In this document: in pieces, positions 46,786 through 56,054 of the stretch | Position numbering within the stretch: the first letter of the stretch is position 1 | Layout of the letters: each line of letters starts with the position of its first letter | Assembly (NCBI GenBank): GCA_001782825.1 | Contig: MFPS01000007.1 | Coordinates: forward strand, 20,487-84,486 | Direction of reading: 5' to 3' | Source of the DNA: Candidatus Magasanikbacteria bacterium RIFCSPHIGHO2_01_FULL_33_34 | Lineage (GTDB): Bacteria > Patescibacteriota > Patescibacteriia > Magasanikbacterales > UBA922 | Length of the DNA stretch: 64,000 nt | Made by a program: the position numbers and the translations under genes | The notes under the pieces: generated by a model | The model's database searches: none | The model's input: only the letters and a program-made list of their open reading frames with translations | Told to the model about the DNA's origin: nothing

Positions 46786-48180
46786 TTAATTTGCTGATTC
46801 GCCTTTTATAAAAGGACTACCAATAGCGACAATATCAAATCCGGCTTTTTGCAATTCTTCATATCTGTGTTGCAAAATTCTACGCCCATCCATTATCAAA
46901 GTTTTATTATCAACTCCATCAATAATAGCATCAGCAAGACTACGAAATTGTGGCCAGTCAGTTGCAATAATTATTATATCAGAATCTTTAATCGCTTCAA
47001 ATTCACTAGTACAATATTTTATCTTGTCTGATTCAGGAAAATCATATTTAAACAAATCAGCTCCTTCTGGATCATACAATTGCATTTTTTCTACTCCATT
47101 TTCTTCCAAATGGCGGACAATATTTATACTTGGCGAATTACGAGTATCATTGGTATCTTTTTTGAAAGATAATCCAACAATAGCGACTTTCTTTCCACTC
47201 CAATCTACATTGGCATCATTTTTGGCTCGGCTCAAAAATAATTCTAATTGCCTTTTGTTTGCCAAATAAGTTTCATTGACAAGCACAGCATTTTGACCAG
47301 CTGTTTGTAATTGATGTGACAAAGAACGCGCGTCTTTTATAAAACAACTACCACCGGCATAAAGACTATCATAAAATCCCCAATTGCCAATTCTCTTGTC
47401 ACTAGTCATTATTCCTCGTAAATTTTCAAACTGCAAATCAGAAAAAGCTTCAGCCGTACGGCCAATCACATCAAAACATACCGCAAGTCTATTAAACAAA
47501 TAGAAATTTGCCAAAAGTTTTCCAGCGGCCGCTTCTTTTGGATTTACTTCAATATATTTAACCGTTGCTGAATCATAAAAACGCTGATACATCTTGCGCA
47601 TTATTTCAAAATCTTTTTCATTCCATGCACCAACCACCACTCTATCCGGACGAATTGATCCAACGATAGCTTGACCTTCAACCAAAAATTCTGGATTAGA
47701 GACAACCCCATAATTTTTTACTCCATATTTATCCATTATTTCTTGTGTCTTATCAACCATTGCAATTGGCACTGTACTTTTGTTTACAATCACTACATAT
47801 CTATCTTGCTTTCCACCATTTCGTTTAGCAAGATTTTCTCCCAAAGCTTCAGCGGCAGAATTATAATATTCCAAATTACTTTCCCCAGTTTCCCCTATCT
47901 CTGGAGTTGGTAAGCACATAAAAATAGCATCAACTGTATCCAAAAAATCAATTACCCGAGAATAATCAGTGGTAAATTCAATCCTATCTTTGTGACGAAT
48001 TAACAAATCACCTAAACCATCTTCAAAAATAACTGCTTCAATTACATCACGATCCCCTGACCCCAAAGCTTTTATTTTCTTTTCATCAATATCATAAACA
48101 AGCACATTGTGCCCACTATCAGCCGAAACAGCAGCCGAGCATGCGCCTACAAAACCTGAGCCAATATATAGAATATTCAT
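46786..48180 (-). CDS. ugd: UDP-glucose / UDP-N-acetyl-hexosamine 6-dehydrogenase family
   Basis: IGSGFVG N-terminal Rossmann motif, catalytic GGSCFIKD, 464 aa. Confidence 0.75.
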   Translation of the reverse strand: MNILYIGSGFVGACSAAVSADSGHNVLVYDIDEKKIKALGSGDRDVIEAVIFEDGLGDLLIRHKDRIEFTTDYSRVIDFLDTVDAIFMCLPTPEIGETGESNLEYYNSAAEALGENLAKRNGGKQDRYVVIVNKSTVPIAMVDKTQEIMDKYGVKNYGVVSNPEFLVEGQAIVGSIRPDRVVVGAWNEKDFEIMRKMYQRFYDSATVKYIEVNPKEAAAGKLLANFYLFNRLAVCFDVIGRTAEAFSDLQFENLRGIMTSDKRIGNWGFYDSLYAGGSCFIKDARSLSHQLQTAGQNAVLVNETYLANKRQLELFLSRAKNDANVDWSGKKVAIVGLSFKKDTNDTRNSPSINIVRHLEENGVEKMQLYDPEGADLFKYDFPESDKIKYCTSEFEAIKDSDIIIIATDWPQFRSLADAIIDGVDNKTLIMDGRRILQHRYEELQKAGFDIVAIGSPFIKGESAN

Positions 48181-48240
48181 ATAATTTACTTAAAGGTTAT
48201 AAAACCTATTTTAGCCTATAGAGATATTTTTTTCAAGTCA

Positions 48241-48269
48241 TTGACAAAAGCCATGTATTTGAGTAATAT
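48241..48269 (+). promoter_or_regulatory. Sigma70-like promoter followed by a 14-bp inverted-repeat operator-like element (48275-48310)
   Basis: TTGACA-17-TAATAT, then atgtttctttttga-N8-tcaaaaagaaacat and a second hairpin cctaga-tttt-tctagg before the RBS. Confidence 0.5.
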
Positions 48270-48352
48270 ATCTCATGTTTCTTTTTGAAAAAATTCTCAA
48301 AAAGAAACATTGACAAACACTTCCTAGATTTTCTAGGAGAAAAGAGCTAAAA

Positions 48353-49303
48353 ATGCCAAAAACGATCAAAGAAATAACTGTTGAAGAAATTGGTAATATT
48401 TGGTTAAATCAAGGTACAGTAGATGCTAATGATCTGCCATTACGCACACCATACCAATTGCATAATCTACCCAAACTAATGCAAGCAACATTGTGTGCCC
48501 AAAGATATGCTCCAAATTGTGAACGAAGACTCACATTTGCCATAGAAGAAGGACATTTCTTGAGGCGTATGGGAACATTAGCAACAAACATAGAGGCAAA
48601 AGTTGCTCTAAATATCGCTTTGGAACAAATCAAAAAGTTACCAAATACAGAATCACGTAAAACACGCTTAATGGAATTGGCACACTATCACCTATGTTGG
48701 GTGAACTACAATCTGGGTGAGTTCGCCATGGCATCTGTTCATGCAGTGGGTACAGCTCAATGCTCCTCTAAATACCAATTGAGTAGTTCAGCAGATAATG
48801 CCTTTTTCATTACTTTGGATGCATACGTTGGTGCTAGTGATAGAACAACAATTTATTACCATAGATTCATACAAAAAGCCTATAGTGCCGTATATGATCT
48901 AGAATCCCCAACCGAAGAGGCCAATCGCATTTACCAAAGATGTGTACTTGCTTCTATTATACCAAATATTGTAGATTCAAATCTGCAAAAAGATGTCTTA
49001 AATAAACTCCTTGCTCGTACACTAAATGGCAATATTGACCATAATGCTTTTGCCGATGTAGCACATGTATGCTTGGCTTATTTGCTACTTGAAGAAGGTA
49101 AGACAGAACAAGCATATAGCCTTCTAGAAGTAGGTACAGCAGGTAATATAATTGACGCTTCGGCTTTTGCCTTATTCATAAAACTGAAGGCTACAATTCT
49201 CCTTGGAATGAAAGAAGAAAAAGAAAAACTCATACAACTGATTAATGATTTCAATGGAGGTTTAGGAGGTCATATCTTCAAAATTGCAGCCTACCGGCTG
49301 TAA
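48353..49303 (+). CDS. Hypothetical alpha-helical protein with moderately foreign composition
   Basis: 316 aa, good SD (AGGAGAAAAG). GC is higher than the core genes. No family recognised. Confidence 0.5.
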   Translation: MPKTIKEITVEEIGNIWLNQGTVDANDLPLRTPYQLHNLPKLMQATLCAQRYAPNCERRLTFAIEEGHFLRRMGTLATNIEAKVALNIALEQIKKLPNTESRKTRLMELAHYHLCWVNYNLGEFAMASVHAVGTAQCSSKYQLSSSADNAFFITLDAYVGASDRTTIYYHRFIQKAYSAVYDLESPTEEANRIYQRCVLASIIPNIVDSNLQKDVLNKLLARTLNGNIDHNAFADVAHVCLAYLLLEEGKTEQAYSLLEVGTAGNIIDASAFALFIKLKATILLGMKEEKEKLIQLINDFNGGLGGHIFKIAAYRL

Positions 49304-49324
49304 CACTTCAACCAAAACTGGTTT

Positions 49325-49360
49325 GAAACAACCCCGACTATACTGTAGTAAGTCGGGGTT
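49325..49360 (+). terminator. Rho-independent terminator
   Basis: AACCCCGACT-atactgtagta-AGTCGGGGTTTTT. Confidence 0.65.
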
Positions 49361-49436
49361 TTTGCATATCACATACTTGACAAACTCAATATACTTGTGC
49401 TATTATGACACGTTGGTATTTCCAATTGGGGGGAAC

Positions 49437-49769
49437 TTGATAAACGCTACCGTAAAGCACTGGAAACTCTTGATCGAGTCATCCAGCAAAGAGGATATAA
49501 CAAAACTAAACTGGACAAGAGAGGATAGAAGAGATTTCGAAAAAATCTCTGTGGCACTAGGTGTAGTCATAGTCTCTTTCACAAGAGAAGTCTACCCTAT
49601 TGTATTTTCTGAAAGAAGAAAAAGGGAAAGAAGAGAAAATCTAAGAAAAGCGCTTATGGCGCACCAAAGTTTATCAAGAAGTGTTCAAAATGCTCTAGAT
49701 CCAGATGGCTATATGAACAAAATTATGGCCAGAATGGAACTAGAAGAAAGGATTCAAGGAAACCAATAA
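49437..49769 (+). CDS. Hypothetical Arg/Glu-rich protein (putative TTG start)
   Basis: Promoter TTGACA-18-TATTAT at 49377-49406 lies inside the 5' part of track ORF 49284..49769. An in-frame TTG at 49437 follows a G-rich SD. Two tandem terminators follow at 49772-49850. Confidence 0.35.
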   Translation: MINATVKHWKLLIESSSKEDITKLNWTREDRRDFEKISVALGVVIVSFTREVYPIVFSERRKRERRENLRKALMAHQSLSRSVQNALDPDGYMNKIMARMELEERIQGNQ

Positions 49770-49929
49770 AAAACGAGGTCGTCCCCGCGACGACCTCAAA
49801 ACTCCACTACTTTTAAATTATTGAAATTAGTGGAGTTTTTTATTTTATACTAAAAAACAAAATAATATATAATCTATATACTAATTATAAAAAAATTGGC
49901 CAATTAATTGGCCAATTTTTTAAATCTTT

Positions 49930-50607
49930 TTAATACTCTACATCTTCCTTTGAAGTAATGAGGTGGACTTTTTCAACACCACTCATTCCGGATAGTTCAC
50001 GAACAAAATCTTCTTTTTTATTTTCATCCACAAAACTAGCATGATACGTCATCTCTGAAGCCTTGCCATCTCGTTTTGAATTGATATTCAAAAGCATACT
50101 GTTTTTAAGATGTTTTTTGAATACTGATTCAAATGAATTCCCAGCTCCTTCATCATGATTAACTACAAATGAAAGTAAATATTCGTGTTTTCTCATTGAA
50201 CCAAAGTTAATCTTATCCAAAATCAATATTATCAACAAAATCAAAACAGTTCCGATGACCGCAATACTATAACTGCCTGTTCCAACTGCCATACCAATAG
50301 CTAAAGCAAAGAATATATAACCAGTATCTTTAGTATCCTTAACAGCTGTACGAAATCTTATAATTGAAAAAGCTCCCAAAAGCCCAAAAGCTCTGGCAAG
50401 ACTATTGCCAATCACCATCATCACCACTGAAACAATCACACTCATCAACACCAAAGTAAAAACAAATGATTGTGAATAAGAAAGACCTTTGTGTGTTTTT
50501 TTGTATACCATTGCAATCACAAATGATAATACAAAAGTTAATACTATATTCAATACAATTTGTGACATTGAATATGTTACCGTTCCTCCTGAAAATAATT
50601 CAGCCAT
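49930..50607 (-). CDS. DUF4956-family membrane protein
   Basis: 4 TM N-terminal half plus soluble C-terminal half, with a conserved family motif. Adjacent to the VTC and CotH genes, as is typical for this family. Confidence 0.55.
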   Translation of the reverse strand: MAELFSGGTVTYSMSQIVLNIVLTFVLSFVIAMVYKKTHKGLSYSQSFVFTLVLMSVIVSVVMMVIGNSLARAFGLLGAFSIIRFRTAVKDTKDTGYIFFALAIGMAVGTGSYSIAVIGTVLILLIILILDKINFGSMRKHEYLLSFVVNHDEGAGNSFESVFKKHLKNSMLLNINSKRDGKASEMTYHASFVDENKKEDFVRELSGMSGVEKVHLITSKEDVEY

Positions 50608-50641
50608 ATATATATTTATTAATTAAAATTTAATTTTATTT

Positions 50642-51463
50642 TTATATTCCAAAAGCTCCATCTGCAACCATACCATTATTTAACATTTTCTCTCTGACAT
50701 CCATTATGCCTTTTGTTTGTGGAAACTCATATGCAGACAAACTTCCTGAAGCTTCAATCGCCTTGCAATACTTTGAATATGAAATCCTCTCCAAATCAAA
50801 TTCCCTTATTACTTCACTCACATAATGTGGCAATGAACCATTAAATTTGACTTCCATAACCGTATTATTCCCAGATACATCCTCAAAATCATTGCCTTCA
50901 TAAAATAGATTATCATTTTGCACTGCTTTGATATTTTTGTCAAAAGTAATTCTGAAATTATCATTATATCTACCAAGGTATGGCTCCCTATCATAATTTA
51001 TCAAAACTTTTGGACCGATTGATCGCAAATGTTGTTCCCACTCAAATTCTTTAATAATATTTTTTCTATTCTGATCACGAATCGCTACTGTGCTATGAAA
51101 ATCATCATTTTTTATGAGTTTATCATAATCATCTCTACTCATCAAAAATCTATCTTTCAATATTACCGTATCATGACGTCTCTTTATTTCAAAAAATGAA
51201 TACTTCATAAATTCACCATCATTTCTATAAGTTCTAAGTCTAATTTTTTTTCTTTTGAGTACGCCGTCAATTTTTTCTTTATAATAGAAAAAACCCGGAC
51301 TATCATAATACAAACTTATCACTTCATACATTCCATTTTTATTTTTTTCAACAAATGAATCTTTTTTGATATATGGCGCAATTCTTTTTTTAATTTCTAA
51401 TTCTAAATCAAAAGTAATTAAATACTTGAATTCAAAACGCTGAAAATGTAATTTTGGATTCAT
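50642..51463 (-). CDS. VTC-domain protein (CYTH-like triphosphate tunnel, polyphosphate-polymerase-like)
   Basis: N-terminal FQRFEFKYLI, the hallmark start of bacterial VTC-domain proteins; 273 aa. Confidence 0.6.
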   Translation of the reverse strand: MNPKLHFQRFEFKYLITFDLELEIKKRIAPYIKKDSFVEKNKNGMYEVISLYYDSPGFFYYKEKIDGVLKRKKIRLRTYRNDGEFMKYSFFEIKRRHDTVILKDRFLMSRDDYDKLIKNDDFHSTVAIRDQNRKNIIKEFEWEQHLRSIGPKVLINYDREPYLGRYNDNFRITFDKNIKAVQNDNLFYEGNDFEDVSGNNTVMEVKFNGSLPHYVSEVIREFDLERISYSKYCKAIEASGSLSAYEFPQTKGIMDVREKMLNNGMVADGAFGI

Positions 51464-51476
51464 AAATAAATTATCA

Positions 51477-54374
51477 CTACTTTAATTCATACACCAAACC
51501 GACTGGACCCTCATCAATCCTTATCCCCAAATATTGCTCCAAAATTCCAGAATCACCACCTGTTTTGAATTTCATACTAGCATATTCATCACTATTTGTA
51601 AAGGTATCAGTAAATGATGGCTCTTTATCAAAATTTCCTTCACCATCATAATTACCTTCCACATCACTGTTTGAAATATCTATCTTAGAAAACTTATCCA
51701 AAATAATACTCTCTTTATTATCCCAAATAATAGTATTATATACCTGTGCCATACCACCTCCAAAAATCTCTTTTTTCTTGTATTCATTTATACCAATATC
51801 ATTATTTATGATGATATTATTTATTATTATTGGTTCAGACAAATCCTTTACTTCTATACCAATATGACATCCATCCAATAAATTATTAAATATTATTGGA
51901 GTTGACTTCTCTCCAGAACTAATACACTTGTCACCAGAAGACCTAATTTTATTATAACGAATAAGTACTGGTGAACCTGATGTATCTACCGCATCATTAC
52001 CATTCTCCCTAAAATCATTATATTCTATAACCCCATCTGAAAAATCATAATCTATCGCATCAGCTGAATTAGCCACAAATAAATTATTAGCAACTGTACT
52101 AGATGCATATTTGATATTCAAAGCATCGTCCCCTGTAGCATTTTCAAATTTATTATATCTGAGAATACTATCAGCATGGTGAATGGCGAGCATTCCCGAG
52201 AAAAACGCCCCATTGACAGTTGACTCACCACCGCCAGAAAATTCTACATACTCAAACTCACTCAAACCATCATTATCAAGCACAGCAAAATTTTCACCCT
52301 TGCTATCAGCCTCACCACGAACATAAATTTTATTATTTTCTACTCCTTTTGCAATCACAGGACTATATGAAACAAAAGATGCATCCTGCACCAAATTTAT
52401 ATTAGCCCCAGGCAATATTGTTAATTTTGTATTTTTTGGAATTATCACATTTTGTGAAAAAATATGAAGTCCAACTGGCAATACAATACCACTATCATTC
52501 AAATAAAATTGTGGATTTTCTACAATAAATTCTTGGGGAGTTTTTGATATATCATAAAAATTTGTAAATTCTGTATTATCCACAAAAACACCTACCACAT
52601 CTTTTACTTTTTTATCTGTATATGAATTTACGACTTTTAATTCAACACTTTTCAAGTCATTTAATTTTATGTCCCCATTAGGTATTATAACAAAATCATA
52701 TTTCTGTTTTTCTGCACGAAATACATTAAAGGCATAAAGATTAACTCTCTCATTATTTTTATCAAATTTTGTTATTTTTGGCATCAAATCATACTTTTCA
52801 CAACCAACTTCAACTGTCATTTTAGCTTGATCTATTTGAGCTCCACTACTTGAGCACAACAACTGTCCATCCTTATACACATCAAAATTTTTTAATTCAA
52901 TATCTTCATTATACTCAAAAATTACTTTATCTAAATGCACAGGGGCAAAAGTCTTAAAACTAGCCACCTCCAAAGACAAATTACTATTATCATTACTATT
53001 TGATATTACAAATGAAGCTTCAGAATTTTCAAAAAGATATTTTATTTGATTAAAGTTTTTTGCTAGATCACTACGTGTAGAATTTACTTCTTGCGCAAAA
53101 AAATCATATGAATGTCGACGAATCGGATCATTGTAAAATACTTTTTGAACAGACTCAAATAATTCATCATAATGATTCAAATCATCTTCCAAATTTTTGT
53201 CATCCATAACATACTCCCATAACATAGCATTCCTTTTATGCATTATTTTTTCATTGCTAAACAATCTATCTACCAAAGGATTAGCAGTTGCTTCCAATGC
53301 ATAATCTAAACTTTCTGTTGTATGTTCATTATCATAAACATACACATCCCAAGGCAGAAAAATAAATTTGCCAATACTCTTATCAAAATATATGCGTGCA
53401 TTATGAGAATAATCTTGATGCCAACTACCAGCTAGCAAATTATGAATACTCCATTTATAAAAATTTTCTTCATCAAGAATATCAAAAATTCTTTTATAAA
53501 AAGTTTCATTGTCAGCATCGTTTAATAAAGAAATTAATAGACTGATTTGAGTATGCTCATTTTCTCTTTTAGAAGGATCAGACACATACTTCTGCCAATA
53601 ATTTTCATCCGTATACAAATGCTGTTGAAAAGTATCACCTTCACCATATAAATTAGCATCACCACTTAAATTATGTGACTCAACAAATTCTTTTGTAAAA
53701 TGTTCAACCTCCCAATAAAGCGCTTGTTTGTCTCCATTTATCTCTACGGCCACAAACTTACTGTCTGGGACTACTAAACCCATTTTTTCTGCCCTATAAT
53801 TATTAAATTCTTCAGCAAGATATCTTCTGTCAAGTGGAATAACCAAATTTATATCCTGTTTACCAAAAAATAAATCATCTTTTGAAAATCTAATCCTAAA
53901 AGACTTTTTTGGAAAAGTCCAATGTGGAGGTCCATTACCACGAAAACGAACTTTTACATCATAAACTCTACCTTCAAATGTAAACTTGGCTGGTACATAA
54001 TCTCTATTTTCATCAGCCAACCTATCATCAACACCATCTACATAACCAGGTGAATCCTTACGAGCTTCAAGATCAGGTATATTACTTTCCAATTTTTTCA
54101 AATTATCTTTAGATATATCTAGTTTATAAACTGGTAAACTACTTTCTGGAAATTTATGAAAAACATACTTCAAATCTTTAATACCATCTCTAGTATTAGT
54201 AGCCATTTGTACAATAAAACTAGGTAAAATTTTCTCTACTGATGCTTTGCCAGAACCACTAGCATATATAACAAAAAATACTGTACCTAAAATAATTGCC
54301 ACTAAACTCAAAAATATACTTAAATATGATAATTTAATGTATTTTTGCCATATTCTTTTGATTTTATCTTTCAT
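51477..54374 (-). CDS. Membrane-anchored CotH-family (atypical kinase) protein fused to a C-terminal right-handed parallel beta-helix
   Basis: N-terminal TM; CotH core (VKVRFRGNGPPHWTFPKKSFRIRF...INLVIPLDRRYLAEEFNNY...VAVEINGDKQALYWEVEHF); C-terminal tandem NNI/NNL/DG repeats typical of pectate-lyase-like beta-helices. Confidence 0.65.
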   Translation of the reverse strand: MKDKIKRIWQKYIKLSYLSIFLSLVAIILGTVFFVIYASGSGKASVEKILPSFIVQMATNTRDGIKDLKYVFHKFPESSLPVYKLDISKDNLKKLESNIPDLEARKDSPGYVDGVDDRLADENRDYVPAKFTFEGRVYDVKVRFRGNGPPHWTFPKKSFRIRFSKDDLFFGKQDINLVIPLDRRYLAEEFNNYRAEKMGLVVPDSKFVAVEINGDKQALYWEVEHFTKEFVESHNLSGDANLYGEGDTFQQHLYTDENYWQKYVSDPSKRENEHTQISLLISLLNDADNETFYKRIFDILDEENFYKWSIHNLLAGSWHQDYSHNARIYFDKSIGKFIFLPWDVYVYDNEHTTESLDYALEATANPLVDRLFSNEKIMHKRNAMLWEYVMDDKNLEDDLNHYDELFESVQKVFYNDPIRRHSYDFFAQEVNSTRSDLAKNFNQIKYLFENSEASFVISNSNDNSNLSLEVASFKTFAPVHLDKVIFEYNEDIELKNFDVYKDGQLLCSSSGAQIDQAKMTVEVGCEKYDLMPKITKFDKNNERVNLYAFNVFRAEKQKYDFVIIPNGDIKLNDLKSVELKVVNSYTDKKVKDVVGVFVDNTEFTNFYDISKTPQEFIVENPQFYLNDSGIVLPVGLHIFSQNVIIPKNTKLTILPGANINLVQDASFVSYSPVIAKGVENNKIYVRGEADSKGENFAVLDNDGLSEFEYVEFSGGGESTVNGAFFSGMLAIHHADSILRYNKFENATGDDALNIKYASSTVANNLFVANSADAIDYDFSDGVIEYNDFRENGNDAVDTSGSPVLIRYNKIRSSGDKCISSGEKSTPIIFNNLLDGCHIGIEVKDLSEPIIINNIIINNDIGINEYKKKEIFGGGMAQVYNTIIWDNKESIILDKFSKIDISNSDVEGNYDGEGNFDKEPSFTDTFTNSDEYASMKFKTGGDSGILEQYLGIRIDEGPVGLVYELK

Positions 54375-54382
54375 ATAATCTA

Positions 54383-56053
54383 CTAATTTATATTAAATTC
54401 AAATAATTGATCTGTATATTTATTCCTTATTAAAATTTTAACATCAAAATCTTCTTCATACCCAAAATCAATATTATCAATTTTTATATTTAATTGAGAA
54501 AAATTTAACTTAAAAGCCTTATAATAATCATTTATCACTGGATAAATCTCTTTTGGACTTGGCAATTGTATAAGTTCAATATCTGGTAAAATTTCTAAAT
54601 TAATTTGTTTCTCCGTTTCTTCGTCATTAGATAATATTTTAATTTTCTCAACAAAAAGAGGTGATAATGACCTTGTTTTTATGTTAAACACAAAATTATT
54701 GTCGCCCTCTCTGACAGATCCACTAAAATTAATATCATTAAAAAGATCTCTCATAGTCTCTACATTGCCCACGATCTTATCCCTATATACAGCCACTTCT
54801 TTATCAAAATCCTTATTTGCCCCCCTCCTTATATCATCCTGATAAAATGCAATTTTAGTATCATAATACAACTGGTCATAATATTCAAGTTCATCTTTTA
54901 AATTATTTTCATTACCTACATATTGCCACAATCTATAATTTCTCTCAGACATAAACTCTGGTATAGCCAAAATTTTATTAATCAATATGTTTGAATGTTC
55001 TTCAAAAAACATAGGATCAGACGAATCATCATCTATAGAAAACATTACAACATCAATAGGAATAAATTTAAACTTGCCCAATGAAGAATCAAAATAATAC
55101 CGTATATTATGACCCCAATCCTGATGCTGTCCAAATGCCAAAGCATTATGTATACTCCAAGAATAAAAACTATCCTTATCAACAATAGAAAATATATTTT
55201 CTTTAAATTCTTTTTCATCCGCATCATTTACTAAATATCTCAATAATTCCACTTCTGCAAAATTACCTTCTGCAAATCTTAAATCATTATTATACTTTTT
55301 AAAATTATCCAATGAATCAAACAAATTTCCATATGATGTATTATTGGTATATTCATCACTCTCCCCATAAAAATTAGCGTCACTACTCAACTGAGCAACT
55401 TCCAACATTTCTTTTTCATAATGCTCTACTGTCCAATAAACAGCCGGATCTTTTCCATTAATCCTAACTACTGAAAAAAAACTTCTTGGAACTGTCAAAC
55501 CTAGACGTTTTGCTCTATAATGATTAAATTGTTCAACTAAATATGATCTATCAAAAGGAACAATAAAATTTAAATTCTTTATTCCTAAAAATAAATTATC
55601 ATCAAATTGAATTCTCCATGATTTTTTATCCCACAACCAATGATTTTTTGAAACTCCTCTTTTTCTTATTTTTATTTTATATTCTCTATCACCATCTACA
55701 AACTCCGCATCTTCATAATTTTTATATTCATCAGTCAATTGTTCACTTTGTTTCGGTATTTCATTTCTAAGAGATTCTAATTTATCTTTATCTATTTTTA
55801 TATTGTATTCAGGAAGTCCATGCTCTACATTAATATATTTTAGATAAGACAAATTACGAATAGATTCTAAACTCTCTCTAGTATTAACCCTGATAAACGA
55901 TGGCACCTTGGATATAATCAACCACTTATCTGGCCCAGTTATATAAGCAAAAACAAAAATAAAAACTAAGCTAAGTGAAATTAAGCTTAGCAGTAAACTA
56001 AGCAGATTTTTTTCTAAAATTTTTTTAGATATTTTTTTAAAAAATTTTTTCAT
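54383..56053 (-). CDS. Membrane-anchored CotH-family protein (paralogue)
   Basis: N-terminal TM; the CotH core is paralogous to the upstream gene (IKIRKRGVSKNHWLWDKKSWRIQF...FIVPFDRSYLVEQFNHY...VVRINGKDPAVYWTVEHY). Confidence 0.65.
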   Translation of the reverse strand: MKKFFKKISKKILEKNLLSLLLSLISLSLVFIFVFAYITGPDKWLIISKVPSFIRVNTRESLESIRNLSYLKYINVEHGLPEYNIKIDKDKLESLRNEIPKQSEQLTDEYKNYEDAEFVDGDREYKIKIRKRGVSKNHWLWDKKSWRIQFDDNLFLGIKNLNFIVPFDRSYLVEQFNHYRAKRLGLTVPRSFFSVVRINGKDPAVYWTVEHYEKEMLEVAQLSSDANFYGESDEYTNNTSYGNLFDSLDNFKKYNNDLRFAEGNFAEVELLRYLVNDADEKEFKENIFSIVDKDSFYSWSIHNALAFGQHQDWGHNIRYYFDSSLGKFKFIPIDVVMFSIDDDSSDPMFFEEHSNILINKILAIPEFMSERNYRLWQYVGNENNLKDELEYYDQLYYDTKIAFYQDDIRRGANKDFDKEVAVYRDKIVGNVETMRDLFNDINFSGSVREGDNNFVFNIKTRSLSPLFVEKIKILSNDEETEKQINLEILPDIELIQLPSPKEIYPVINDYYKAFKLNFSQLNIKIDNIDFGYEEDFDVKILIRNKYTDQLFEFNIN

Positions 56054-56054
56054 A

